Positions 49,206 through 57,971 of a stretch of DNA of 64,000 bases are shown piece by piece (the first letter of the stretch is position 1; every line of letters begins with the position of its first letter). The DNA comes from Parcubacteria group bacterium RIFCSPLOWO2_01_FULL_48_18 (GTDB lineage Bacteria; Patescibacteriota; Minisyncoccia; UBA6257; WO2-01-48-18). The notes below the pieces were generated by a model, which saw nothing but the letters and a program-made list of their open reading frames with translations, ran no database searches and had not been told where the DNA came from. The DNA is taken from contig MHXH01000016.1 of assembly GCA_001824435.1 (NCBI GenBank), positions 14,970-78,969 on the forward strand, read 5' to 3'. The position numbers and the translations under genes were made by a program.

Positions 49206-49259
49206 ATGGAACGGTTTGCAACTGCAACTACCACGACCACGACCCGCACGTACCGCTGA
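49206..49259 (+). CDS. thrL: Thr-rich leader peptide (MERFATATTTTTTRTYR), candidate thr attenuator
   Basis: A 17-codon ORF with 8 Thr codons, ending 68 nt before the thrA start. Confidence 0.5.
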   Translation: MERFATATTTTTTRTYR

Positions 49260-49326
49260 GGCGATGTTGTAGTTAAAAGCGTAAAAATTGGAATCATACA
49301 TCGGCCTCAGGGGGGTCGATTTTCTT

Positions 49327-51765
49327 ATGAAGATCAAACGGGTTTTAAAATTCGGCGGCACATCGTTGGGATCTCCAGATGCCATCAGAAGAGCCAGCGC
49401 CATTATCAGGGAAGCGGCGCAGCGGGGGGCAATAGCCGTTGTTGTTTCTGCGTTTTCCGGCGTTACTGATCAGCTTTTGTGCTGCGCCAGATGGGCAGAG
49501 AAACAGAATCCTGAATTGAGGCAAGAACTGCGTCGGCTACGCATGCGTCATTTTGAAACGGCTCGAAAACTTTTTCCGGCAAAGCTTCGCGAGGAAGCTA
49601 GGGCGCCCTTGGAGCAATTATTTAAAGAATTGGAGGGGCGTCTTATGCGCATTGAAAAAGGAAAGGCTGCGTCGGTTCAAGACCTCGATGCTGTCGCAGG
49701 CATTGGAGAACGCCTATCCGCCCCCATCATTGCCGCTTACCTAAACAGTTTTGACACCAAACGTCATCCGTTCAGGTCATACACTATAGACGCCAGGGGT
49801 TTAATTAAGACCGACAGCTGCTTCGGAAGGGCCAGTGTTGATTTTGTTAAGACCGACCGCAATATTAAAGAGTTTTTCCATGGCCGTCCCGGAGGTAAAA
49901 ATATGGTTCCCGTGCTAACCGGCTTTATCGGGTCAACCGATGGGGGCGAAACCACAACGCTCGGTCGAGGCGGGTCTGATTACACTGCCGCAATCGTCGC
50001 TGCGGCCATCGATGCGAAACTCGTCGAAATATGGACCGATGTTGATGGGGTAATGAGTGCCGACCCCAATCTTGTTACGCACGCATATCTCTTGCCGCAA
50101 CTGACCTATTCCGAAGCGATTGAAATGGCATATTTCGGCGCTAAGGTTATCCATCCGGCAACCATGCTTCCGGCAATTAAAAAGAAAATTCCTATTCTCA
50201 TCAAAAATACATTTAACCCATCCTCGTCAGGCACTCTTATTTCCCATGGCGCATCCAGCGATAACAATCAAACCGTAAAAGGCATTACCGCAATAGATGA
50301 TGTTGCCATTATAAATATAGGTGGCGTGAGTTTGGCGGGTATACCCGGTTCAGCCGCCAGAGTTTTTAAGGCGACTGCCGCCGCGGGCGCCAATGTTGTT
50401 TTAATATCGCAGGCGTCGTCAGAGCATACAATCTGCATTGCGATAAAAAGAGAGAGCCTTGCCCCGGCCCTCTATTCTCTCCGAAAAGAATTTAGGGAAG
50501 CGATAAAACAAAAACAGGTAACGCTTCACACAATCAAGGATCAATCCATTGTTGCCGTCGTGGGAGACGGCATGCGGGGAACGCCTGGCGTTGCCGGCAA
50601 GTTATTTAACGCCCTTGCTGAACACGGGATAAACATTTCCGCGATTGCCCAAGGGGGCTCTGAACGAAATATTTCTCTTGTAGTAAAATCGTCCGACAAA
50701 GCAGCTGCGCTTAACGTCATCCATAATGCGTTTTTACGGGTTCCGCCAAAACACATCTTTCTAGCAGGCACCGGCAATATAGGGGGCAAGCTTCTAGAGC
50801 AGATGAAGGCCCATCCTCATCTCAGGGTATGCGGTCTTATTAACACCGATTTTATGCTTTCTGACTCGAGGGGCATTCAACTTGACCGGTGGAGCATTTT
50901 ATTGGGTCGCGGCCAGCAAGCTAACGTACAAACATGGCTCTCGCGGGCACGAACCCTCAATCTGTCGAATAAAATTTTTGTTGATTGCACTGCCAGCAAA
51001 AAAATCGCTCGGCAGTACTGCAACATTGCCCGGGCCGGTTTTCATATTGTAACGCCGAACAAGATATTCAATGTGTTACCATTTGACGAATACCAAAAGC
51101 TGCGCCGCATTTTGGCGCAAAACAACAAGCGCTTCCTTTATGAAACAACGGTTGGCGCGGCTATGCCGATCATCTCTACGCTAAGAGATCTTGTTGCTAG
51201 CGGGGATGGCATTACCAGGATCGAGGGTATTTTTTCCGGAACGCTCAGTTATATCCTAAGCGCTTACGACGGAAAAAGACCGTTTAGCTCGGTGGTGCTG
51301 GAAGCGAAGGAAAAAGGCTATACCGAGCCCGATCCTAGAACTGACCTTTCAGGAGAAGATGTGGGAAGAAAACTGCTTATTCTGGCCCGCGAAATAGGCC
51401 TGCCGCTTGAAATGGAAGACATAAAAGTCCAAAGTTTGGTGCCTCCCCCCCTGCGAAAAGTAAAATCGGCAGACTCGTTTTTGGCGCGTTTGAAAGACTA
51501 CGACAAACAGTTTGAAAAACTATGCAAACGCGCTAGAGTAAGAGGACGGGCGCTGCGATACGTGGCAACGCTTCAAGGAAGGCGGGCGTCGGTATCGCTT
51601 AAAGAAATTCCATTGACCGATCCTTTGTCCTCTACTCGTGGCGCTGATAATATCTTTGTTTTTTATACCAAGCGCTACAACGAACGGCCGTTGGTGGTTC
51701 AAGGGCCCGGAGCCGGCGCCGCAGTCACCGCTGGAGGGGTGTTGACGGACATTCTTAAAATCTAG
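49327..51765 (+). CDS. thrA: Bifunctional aspartokinase / homoserine dehydrogenase
   Basis: An aspartokinase N-terminus (KFGGTSLGS), ACT domains and a homoserine dehydrogenase C-terminus. The start is at MKIKRV. Confidence 0.85.
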   Translation: MKIKRVLKFGGTSLGSPDAIRRASAIIREAAQRGAIAVVVSAFSGVTDQLLCCARWAEKQNPELRQELRRLRMRHFETARKLFPAKLREEARAPLEQLFKELEGRLMRIEKGKAASVQDLDAVAGIGERLSAPIIAAYLNSFDTKRHPFRSYTIDARGLIKTDSCFGRASVDFVKTDRNIKEFFHGRPGGKNMVPVLTGFIGSTDGGETTTLGRGGSDYTAAIVAAAIDAKLVEIWTDVDGVMSADPNLVTHAYLLPQLTYSEAIEMAYFGAKVIHPATMLPAIKKKIPILIKNTFNPSSSGTLISHGASSDNNQTVKGITAIDDVAIINIGGVSLAGIPGSAARVFKATAAAGANVVLISQASSEHTICIAIKRESLAPALYSLRKEFREAIKQKQVTLHTIKDQSIVAVVGDGMRGTPGVAGKLFNALAEHGINISAIAQGGSERNISLVVKSSDKAAALNVIHNAFLRVPPKHIFLAGTGNIGGKLLEQMKAHPHLRVCGLINTDFMLSDSRGIQLDRWSILLGRGQQANVQTWLSRARTLNLSNKIFVDCTASKKIARQYCNIARAGFHIVTPNKIFNVLPFDEYQKLRRILAQNNKRFLYETTVGAAMPIISTLRDLVASGDGITRIEGIFSGTLSYILSAYDGKRPFSSVVLEAKEKGYTEPDPRTDLSGEDVGRKLLILAREIGLPLEMEDIKVQSLVPPPLRKVKSADSFLARLKDYDKQFEKLCKRARVRGRALRYVATLQGRRASVSLKEIPLTDPLSSTRGADNIFVFYTKRYNERPLVVQGPGAGAAVTAGGVLTDILKI

Positions 51766-51800
51766 AATATGGAATTTGAAATTTGAAGACTATTTGAAAT

Positions 51801-51837
51801 AAAAAAAGTGGCGCTCGCAAACAGCGTGTAGCGCCAC
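51801..51837. terminator. Bidirectional terminator hairpin GTGGCGC-N16-GCGCCAC with an A-tract on the 5' side
   Basis: Direct reading. The GAAATTTGA tandem repeats at 51766..51800 lie just before it. Confidence 0.55.
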
Positions 51838-51862
51838 AGATATGACAGTGCCGTCGTGATAG

Positions 51863-52060
51863 TTATACTAGCCTTACCACTCGTTCCACGAAGGGATCAA
51901 GGAAGCCCGATACATTCCCGCCAGCGGAACGGATGCGCCCATCAACGATTTCAACCCGGATAGCCAAACCTAAACCAGAGTAGAAATCAGGGTTAAGGCC
52001 AAGCATGCTCATGACTTCATTTTGGCGGTCAAGCTTGATGATTGCGACAAGGTTATTCAC
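51863..52060 (-). CDS. Hypothetical small protein (65 aa)
   Basis: ORF with its own terminator downstream. Confidence 0.3.
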   Translation of the reverse strand: MNNLVAIIKLDRQNEVMSMLGLNPDFYSGLGLAIRVEIVDGRIRSAGGNVSGFLDPFVERVVRLV

Positions 52061-52136
52061 GGAGTTCTCCTCGTGTCTTTGGTGGGCTAACTATCAAGCG
52101 GTCCGAACGATTACATTATAGCACCTCATTAATATC

Positions 52137-53225
52137 ATGTCAATCCCCAAAATATGTAAATTGCGAGTTGGCATATTGGGCGCGACAGGCATTGTGGGAC
52201 AAAAGTTTATTGTCCTGCTTCAAAACCATCCGTGGTTTGAGCTCGTTTCTGTTGCTGCGTCTGAAGAATCAGCCGGAAAAACGTACGAAAAGGCGGTTGC
52301 CGGAAGATGGAAGCAGCAAGTCGATATCCCAAAAAATGTCGCTCGAACGAAGGTGTCCCAATGCGACCCGCACGCCATGCAAGCGGACTTCGTGTTTTCC
52401 GGATTGGACGGGGCAGTGGCCAAAGACATCGAAAGGTCTTTTGCGGAAAGCGGTATTCCGGTTATTTCCAATACCAAAACGTACCGCATGGAAGAAGACG
52501 TACCGCTCCTTATCCCCGAAATTAATCCGGACCATATTCGGCTCATTGATATACAACGTAAAAGGCGGCAGTGGTCCGGATTTATCGTTACCAATCCCAA
52601 CTGTGTTGCAATTCCGCTGGCAATGGCGCTTAAACCTATTTATGACGCCGTGGGAATCCAAAAAGTTTCTGTGGTGTCTATGCAGGCGATCTCGGGCGCC
52701 GGATTTCCCGGCGTCGCCTCTATAGATATTGTGGACAACCTCATTCCATATATCGTTGGGGAAGAGCCGAAGGTAGAAACCGAACCGTTGAAACTCTTGG
52801 GAAAACTTGCGGCTGGAAAAGTGAAATTCGCCGCATTTCCGATTTCAGCGCAGTGCAACAGAGTGGCAGTACAAGATGGACATTTTTTGAATATTTCGTT
52901 TACAACCGCAAAAAAAACATCGGTCGAGCGGCTTAAAAAATTGATACGAGATTTCAGAGGCGAGCCGCAAAAACTAAAATTGCCCTCTGCGCCCCAAAAT
53001 CCGCTTATATATCTCGATGATGATTTTAGGCCGCAACCGCGGCTGGACCGTGACCGCGAAGGTGGAATGGCGATAACCATAGGCCGCCTCCGTGAATGCC
53101 CTGTATTTGGGTATAAGATGGCGGTTCTCGGCCACAACACTATCCGCGGAGCTGCCGGCGCAGCTATTCTTAACGCTGAGTTGCTGTATAAAAAGGGTTA
53201 TCTTGTTCGTTCTCGTTTCTCATAG
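52137..53225 (+). CDS. asd: Aspartate-semialdehyde dehydrogenase
   Basis: An NAD-binding motif VGILGATGIVGQ and the catalytic Cys region. Confidence 0.85.
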   Translation: MSIPKICKLRVGILGATGIVGQKFIVLLQNHPWFELVSVAASEESAGKTYEKAVAGRWKQQVDIPKNVARTKVSQCDPHAMQADFVFSGLDGAVAKDIERSFAESGIPVISNTKTYRMEEDVPLLIPEINPDHIRLIDIQRKRRQWSGFIVTNPNCVAIPLAMALKPIYDAVGIQKVSVVSMQAISGAGFPGVASIDIVDNLIPYIVGEEPKVETEPLKLLGKLAAGKVKFAAFPISAQCNRVAVQDGHFLNISFTTAKKTSVERLKKLIRDFRGEPQKLKLPSAPQNPLIYLDDDFRPQPRLDRDREGGMAITIGRLRECPVFGYKMAVLGHNTIRGAAGAAILNAELLYKKGYLVRSRFS

Positions 53226-53353
53226 TAATCTGATGAGGTCGCCAGCGGTAATTCTATACTTGTACTACGAAACAGCATTGCGGATCTCCGATTTTTCGAG
53301 TATCTCAATAATATTCTAACATTCTCAAGAATGTCAGAATATTGTGGCAGGAC

Positions 53354-53641
53354 ATGACGGACAAAGTCAAAAATCAAAAACAAATGGAACGGCACTTTAA
53401 GGGCGTAGCAAATCACCGCCGCATTGAGATTCTTATGGTTATCGCCGAACACGAAGGAGTTACGCTGGACAACCTATCGCGCATCGTTTCGTGCAATTTT
53501 AAAACGCTTTCCGAACATACGCGCCGGCTCGTCCAAGCCGGTTTGATAAATAAGAAATACCACGGACGGTTTGTCCGCCATACACTCTCGCCATATGGCA
53601 GAATGTTCTATAAGTTTATCGTGACGCTCCGACATTCTTGA
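53354..53641 (+). CDS. ArsR-family HTH transcriptional regulator
   Basis: A winged-helix core (LDNLSRIVSCNFKTLSEHTRRLVQAGLI). Imperfect palindromes ACATTCT..AGAATGT lie at 53310..53343 and 53631..53659. Confidence 0.6.
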   Translation: MTDKVKNQKQMERHFKGVANHRRIEILMVIAEHEGVTLDNLSRIVSCNFKTLSEHTRRLVQAGLINKKYHGRFVRHTLSPYGRMFYKFIVTLRHS

Positions 53642-53775
53642 GAATATTAGAATGTTATGTGGTAGGGATAATGGAAATGTGAAGTCGTAAATTCCCGCGA
53701 CATTTCGCTGAGTGGGATAAATATAAGAGGTGCCACGGGGCGTAGGAATGGAATGAGGGTGTCGCCGTTCACATA

Positions 53776-54285
53776 ATGCGTACCAACACAAAACAAAGCA
53801 TCACATTAATCGGCATGCCGGGGTCGGGTAAGTCGACTATCGGGCGGCTCGTTGCGCGGCGGCTGAATTGGAATTTCGTCGACCTCGATGACGTCATTAA
53901 AGAAAAAGATGGAAAGAGCCACGCGGAGATTCTTGAATTCGACGGAGAGAAAACGCTCCTTGCGCGTGAAGAGGCGCATACGCTTGGACTTGTTTTTTCA
54001 AACCTTGTATTCTCGCCGGGCGGGAGCATTATCTATTCGCCGAAGGCGATGGAAAAACTCCGCAGTGAAACGCGCGTCATCTATCTTGCGCTTCCGCTTC
54101 CTGAAATAAAAAAACGCCTCGGCAAAAAAATCAACGACCGCGGCATTGTGGGGCTTGCCAAAAAAGGGATTGAAGGATTATTTAAAGAACGCGCGCCGCA
54201 GTACAAAGCGGCTGCCCACCATACTGTTGATTGTTTGAACCTGCGTAAACAGGAAATTGTAAAAAGAATTCTTCAAGACGCATGA
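53776..54285 (+). CDS. aroK: Shikimate kinase
   Basis: Walker A GMPGSGKST, ~169 aa. Confidence 0.8.
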   Translation: MRTNTKQSITLIGMPGSGKSTIGRLVARRLNWNFVDLDDVIKEKDGKSHAEILEFDGEKTLLAREEAHTLGLVFSNLVFSPGGSIIYSPKAMEKLRSETRVIYLALPLPEIKKRLGKKINDRGIVGLAKKGIEGLFKERAPQYKAAAHHTVDCLNLRKQEIVKRILQDA

Positions 54286-55613
54286 AATACTACAGTACCA
54301 ACAAACGCGCTCCGCTTGTTACTTTTAAAGAAGCGCTTCTCCGTGGTCTTGCGCCGGACGGAGGCCTGTACATGCCGCAGTCGTTCCCGAAATTTCCTAT
54401 TTCTTTTTGGAATGATATCGAAAAAACAAGCTCTGGTCGCGTTGCATTTGATCTTTTGCGTCATTTTATCACAGACATACCGGCGCCAGCATTTAAAAAA
54501 ATCATCCGTGATGCATTCAATTTTCCGGCACCGCTTGTGCGACTTAACGACAATGTATATGTGCTGGAACTCTTTCACGGCCCAACGCTTTCTTTCAAAG
54601 ATTTCGGCGCGCGATTTATGGCGCGTACAATGGGATATTACCTCCGTTCCCAGAAAAAGAAATTGTATATTTTTGTGGCTACGTCCGGAGATACCGGAAG
54701 CGCGGTTGCGCACGGTTTTTTTAATATTCCCGGAGTACGCGTGTTCATTCTGTATCCTTCGGGTCGCGTGAGCAGAAACCAGGAGAAACAACTTACGACA
54801 TTCGGAAAAAATATCACGGCGTTTGAAATTAAGGGGAATTTTGACGACTGTCAGCAGCTCGCAAAACAGCTTTTGAACGATCCCGATATTCGAAAAAGGG
54901 CTCTCGTTTCATCCGCCAATTCAATAAACATCGGCCGTCTACTGCCGCAGATGTTTTATTATCTCTTCGGTTGGGCGCAGCTTCAAAGCCGTAGAACTGT
55001 CGAGCTATCGAGCTGTCAAGTTCCTATTTTTGTGGTCCCGAGCGGTAATTTCGGGAATATATGCGCCGGGCTTTTTGCAAAAAAACTTGGGCTTCCGGCC
55101 AAAAAATTCATCGCGGCGGTAAATATAAACAGCGGCGTGCCGGAATATTTAAAGACTGGCCGCCTTCCCGTGAAAAAAACGAGGCGCACGCTTTCAAGCG
55201 CAATGGACGTGGGACTCCCAAGCAATTTCGCGCGGATCCTTGATTTATATGGCCATAACCGGGAGTCTTTGCAAAAAGATTTAGACGCGGCCATAGTGAC
55301 AGATCGTGAAACAAAAAAGACCATCCACGAAACATACGAGAAATATGGTTATATCGCCGATCCCCATACTGCGGTAGGAATTGCCGCAGGGCTTCGGTAT
55401 CGCGAATCGGGCCGGGGAAACGATCCGATAATTGTCCTTTCAACCGCCCATCCCGCAAAATTTCCGGAAGCCGTCGAAAAACAAATTAAAGAAAAGCTTA
55501 CTGTGCCCGGCTCGCTCCGCAGAATAATCAGAAGAAAGAACAGGGGCGTCCTCGCAAAGAACAACCCTGAAGATCTAAAAAGACTTATCGGAAAATACAT
55601 AAAACATCCATGA
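54282..55613 (+). CDS. thrC: Threonine synthase
   Basis: PLP-binding FKDFGARFMA region; overlaps the aroK stop. Confidence 0.85.
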   Translation: MKYYSTNKRAPLVTFKEALLRGLAPDGGLYMPQSFPKFPISFWNDIEKTSSGRVAFDLLRHFITDIPAPAFKKIIRDAFNFPAPLVRLNDNVYVLELFHGPTLSFKDFGARFMARTMGYYLRSQKKKLYIFVATSGDTGSAVAHGFFNIPGVRVFILYPSGRVSRNQEKQLTTFGKNITAFEIKGNFDDCQQLAKQLLNDPDIRKRALVSSANSINIGRLLPQMFYYLFGWAQLQSRRTVELSSCQVPIFVVPSGNFGNICAGLFAKKLGLPAKKFIAAVNINSGVPEYLKTGRLPVKKTRRTLSSAMDVGLPSNFARILDLYGHNRESLQKDLDAAIVTDRETKKTIHETYEKYGYIADPHTAVGIAAGLRYRESGRGNDPIIVLSTAHPAKFPEAVEKQIKEKLTVPGSLRRIIRRKNRGVLAKNNPEDLKRLIGKYIKHP

Positions 55614-55852
55614 AGAAATAGACGGCCGGGGAGGACGATTTGTCTTTAAGCATTAGTCAATTTTTTACGATCGCAAAGATATTGGCCAGGCTCCTACGGC
55701 CCACAATGACGAACGAAAAAAGGAAACTCTTTCTTTCCAAGAAGAGAGGAGTTATCTTGTTTTTATCCGAGGGCCGTGCTATCATAGAATAATTCGTCCA
55801 CCCCCTATGTTGTGTAAGCGGGGGCGTTTGGTATTTGGAGCATTGTTTTCCA

Positions 55853-57739
55853 ATGAGTCTAATGAACACTTTTTTCCGATTACAATCGAAGTTTGCTCCG
55901 GCCGGCGATCAGCCTAAGGCGATACGAGCGCTCGTGTCGGGCCTAAGAAAGGGATATCGCTATCAGACGCTTTTGGGAGTTACGGGGTCAGGAAAAACTT
56001 TTTCGGCGGCCCGCATCATCGCGGCAACTCAGAAGCCGACGCTGGTTATTGCGCCGAACAAGACGCTCGCGGCCCAGCTGTATCAGGAATATAAATACTT
56101 TTTCCCGCACAACAAGGTGTGTTATTTTGTTTCGTATTACGATTATTATCAGCCGGAGGCGTATCTGCCCGTGACCGATACGTACATTGAAAAAGAAGCC
56201 ATGATTAATGAAGAAATTGATCGTTTCCGGCATTTGGCGACTTCTGCGCTTATGACGCGCCGCGATGTTATTGTCGTCGCGTCCGTTTCGTGCATCTACA
56301 ATCTTGGCGTGCCGGAGAATTATTTCGGCGGCGCGTTAAAACTCGGACTCGGCCAGCTGATCAGCCGGGCCGATCTCATCCGGCAGTTCAGCCGTATGGG
56401 ATATGAACGGAACAATACGGTGTTGAAACGTGGTACATTCCGCGCGCGGGGAGAGACGATTGAATTGGCGCCGCCCGCGGAAGAGATTATGTATCGCATC
56501 GTGTTGCAGGATCAACAGATCGCCCGCATAGATATTGCGAATCTCCTGACGCGCAAAACCATAGAATCGATTTCCGATCTTTTGATTTTCCCGCCGAAAC
56601 ATTTTGTAACTACTGCGCCGGAGCGCGAGCGCGCAGTCCGCGACATCAAAACGGAATTAAAAGATCAACTGGCGTATTTCGACAAGAAAGGGTTTTTGTT
56701 GGAAGCAGAACGGTTGGAGCGCCGCACAAAGTATGATTTGGAAATGATTGGAACTATCGGCTATTGCCACGGCATTGAAAACTATTCGCGCCATCTCAGC
56801 GGAAAGCTTCCGGGAGAGCCGCCGGAAACGCTCCTTTCATATTTCCCGCGCGATGAAAACGGCAAACCGGACTTTCTCACGATTATTGACGAATCGCACA
56901 TAACCGTACCGCAGGTCCGCGGCATGTACGAAGGGGATATTTCACGAAAAAAGGTTCTGGTTGAACACGGATGGCGGCTAGCGTCAGCGCTCGACAACCG
57001 GCCATTGAATTTTAAAGAGTTTGAAGAGCGGATCGGTCAAGTAATATGTACTTCGGCGACGCCGGGGCCGTTTGAACATAAACGCTCTTCGCAAGTTGTA
57101 GAACAGGTTGTGCGGCCTACCGGATTGGTTGATCCGCCAATCGAAATAAGGCCGGTATTTGTAAAAAAACCAAAAATCAACCTTCGTCCCGAGCTCAGGT
57201 CGGGGGGAAACCAAAAACCAAAAAGTGAATGGAGTCAAATTGACGACATAATGGAGGAGGCGGCAAAAAATTCCAGCCAAGGCGGCCGGACAATCATTAA
57301 TACTCTTACCAAAAAAACAGCAGAAGAGTTGACCGAATTTCTTCTTGGAAAAAGTTTTAGAGCGCGATATATGCACAGTGATACGCCGACCCTGGAACGG
57401 ACAAAAATACTTCAGGATTTTAGAAAAAACGAGTTTGACGTTTTAGTCGGCATCAATCTTTTACGCGAAGGCTTGGATCTGCCCGAGGTAACCTTGGTTG
57501 CAATTTTGGATGCTGACCGGGAAGGATTTTTACGGTCAGAAACATCGTTGATTCAAACTATGGGCCGCGCGGCCCGCAATGTCCGCGGCAAGGTGATCCT
57601 CTATGCCGATACGATGACCGGTTCAATGAAGCGCGCAATAAAAGAATGCAGCCGCCGCCGGAAGATTCAGCTTGCATACAATAAAAAGCATAATATTACG
57701 CCCAAAACGGTCGAGAAAGAAGTAAGAGAATTCTCGTAA
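55853..57739 (+). CDS. uvrB: Excinuclease ABC subunit B, apparently lacking the C-terminal UVR domain
   Basis: Helicase motifs GVTGSGKT, DESH and GRAARN. It ends shortly after the helicase core. Confidence 0.85.
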   Translation: MSLMNTFFRLQSKFAPAGDQPKAIRALVSGLRKGYRYQTLLGVTGSGKTFSAARIIAATQKPTLVIAPNKTLAAQLYQEYKYFFPHNKVCYFVSYYDYYQPEAYLPVTDTYIEKEAMINEEIDRFRHLATSALMTRRDVIVVASVSCIYNLGVPENYFGGALKLGLGQLISRADLIRQFSRMGYERNNTVLKRGTFRARGETIELAPPAEEIMYRIVLQDQQIARIDIANLLTRKTIESISDLLIFPPKHFVTTAPERERAVRDIKTELKDQLAYFDKKGFLLEAERLERRTKYDLEMIGTIGYCHGIENYSRHLSGKLPGEPPETLLSYFPRDENGKPDFLTIIDESHITVPQVRGMYEGDISRKKVLVEHGWRLASALDNRPLNFKEFEERIGQVICTSATPGPFEHKRSSQVVEQVVRPTGLVDPPIEIRPVFVKKPKINLRPELRSGGNQKPKSEWSQIDDIMEEAAKNSSQGGRTIINTLTKKTAEELTEFLLGKSFRARYMHSDTPTLERTKILQDFRKNEFDVLVGINLLREGLDLPEVTLVAILDADREGFLRSETSLIQTMGRAARNVRGKVILYADTMTGSMKRAIKECSRRRKIQLAYNKKHNITPKTVEKEVREFS

Positions 57740-57971
57740 GTTTTATAAAAAACAATAAGGAGAAAGAATGTGAAAAAAAATCGACCCGCTGAACGTTGTC
57801 AGCGGGGGTGGTGAGATGCCCGGGTCAGGCTTCTAAAAACTTCCCATGGCGTTTTTCTAGCAATCTTGGGTCTCACCGCTCCAAGATTCTGAATCTATTA
57901 TAGCAAATCTACAGAATTTGTCAATACCCCGAAAATTTGGCTTAAATAATAGATAGTTCTTAATTCGTAGT

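Noticed and set aside
55614-55834. LexA/Cheo box upstream of uvrB
   Set aside because: CGAACGAAAAAAGG lacks the GTTC half-site, and no CTGT-N8-ACAG motif was found.
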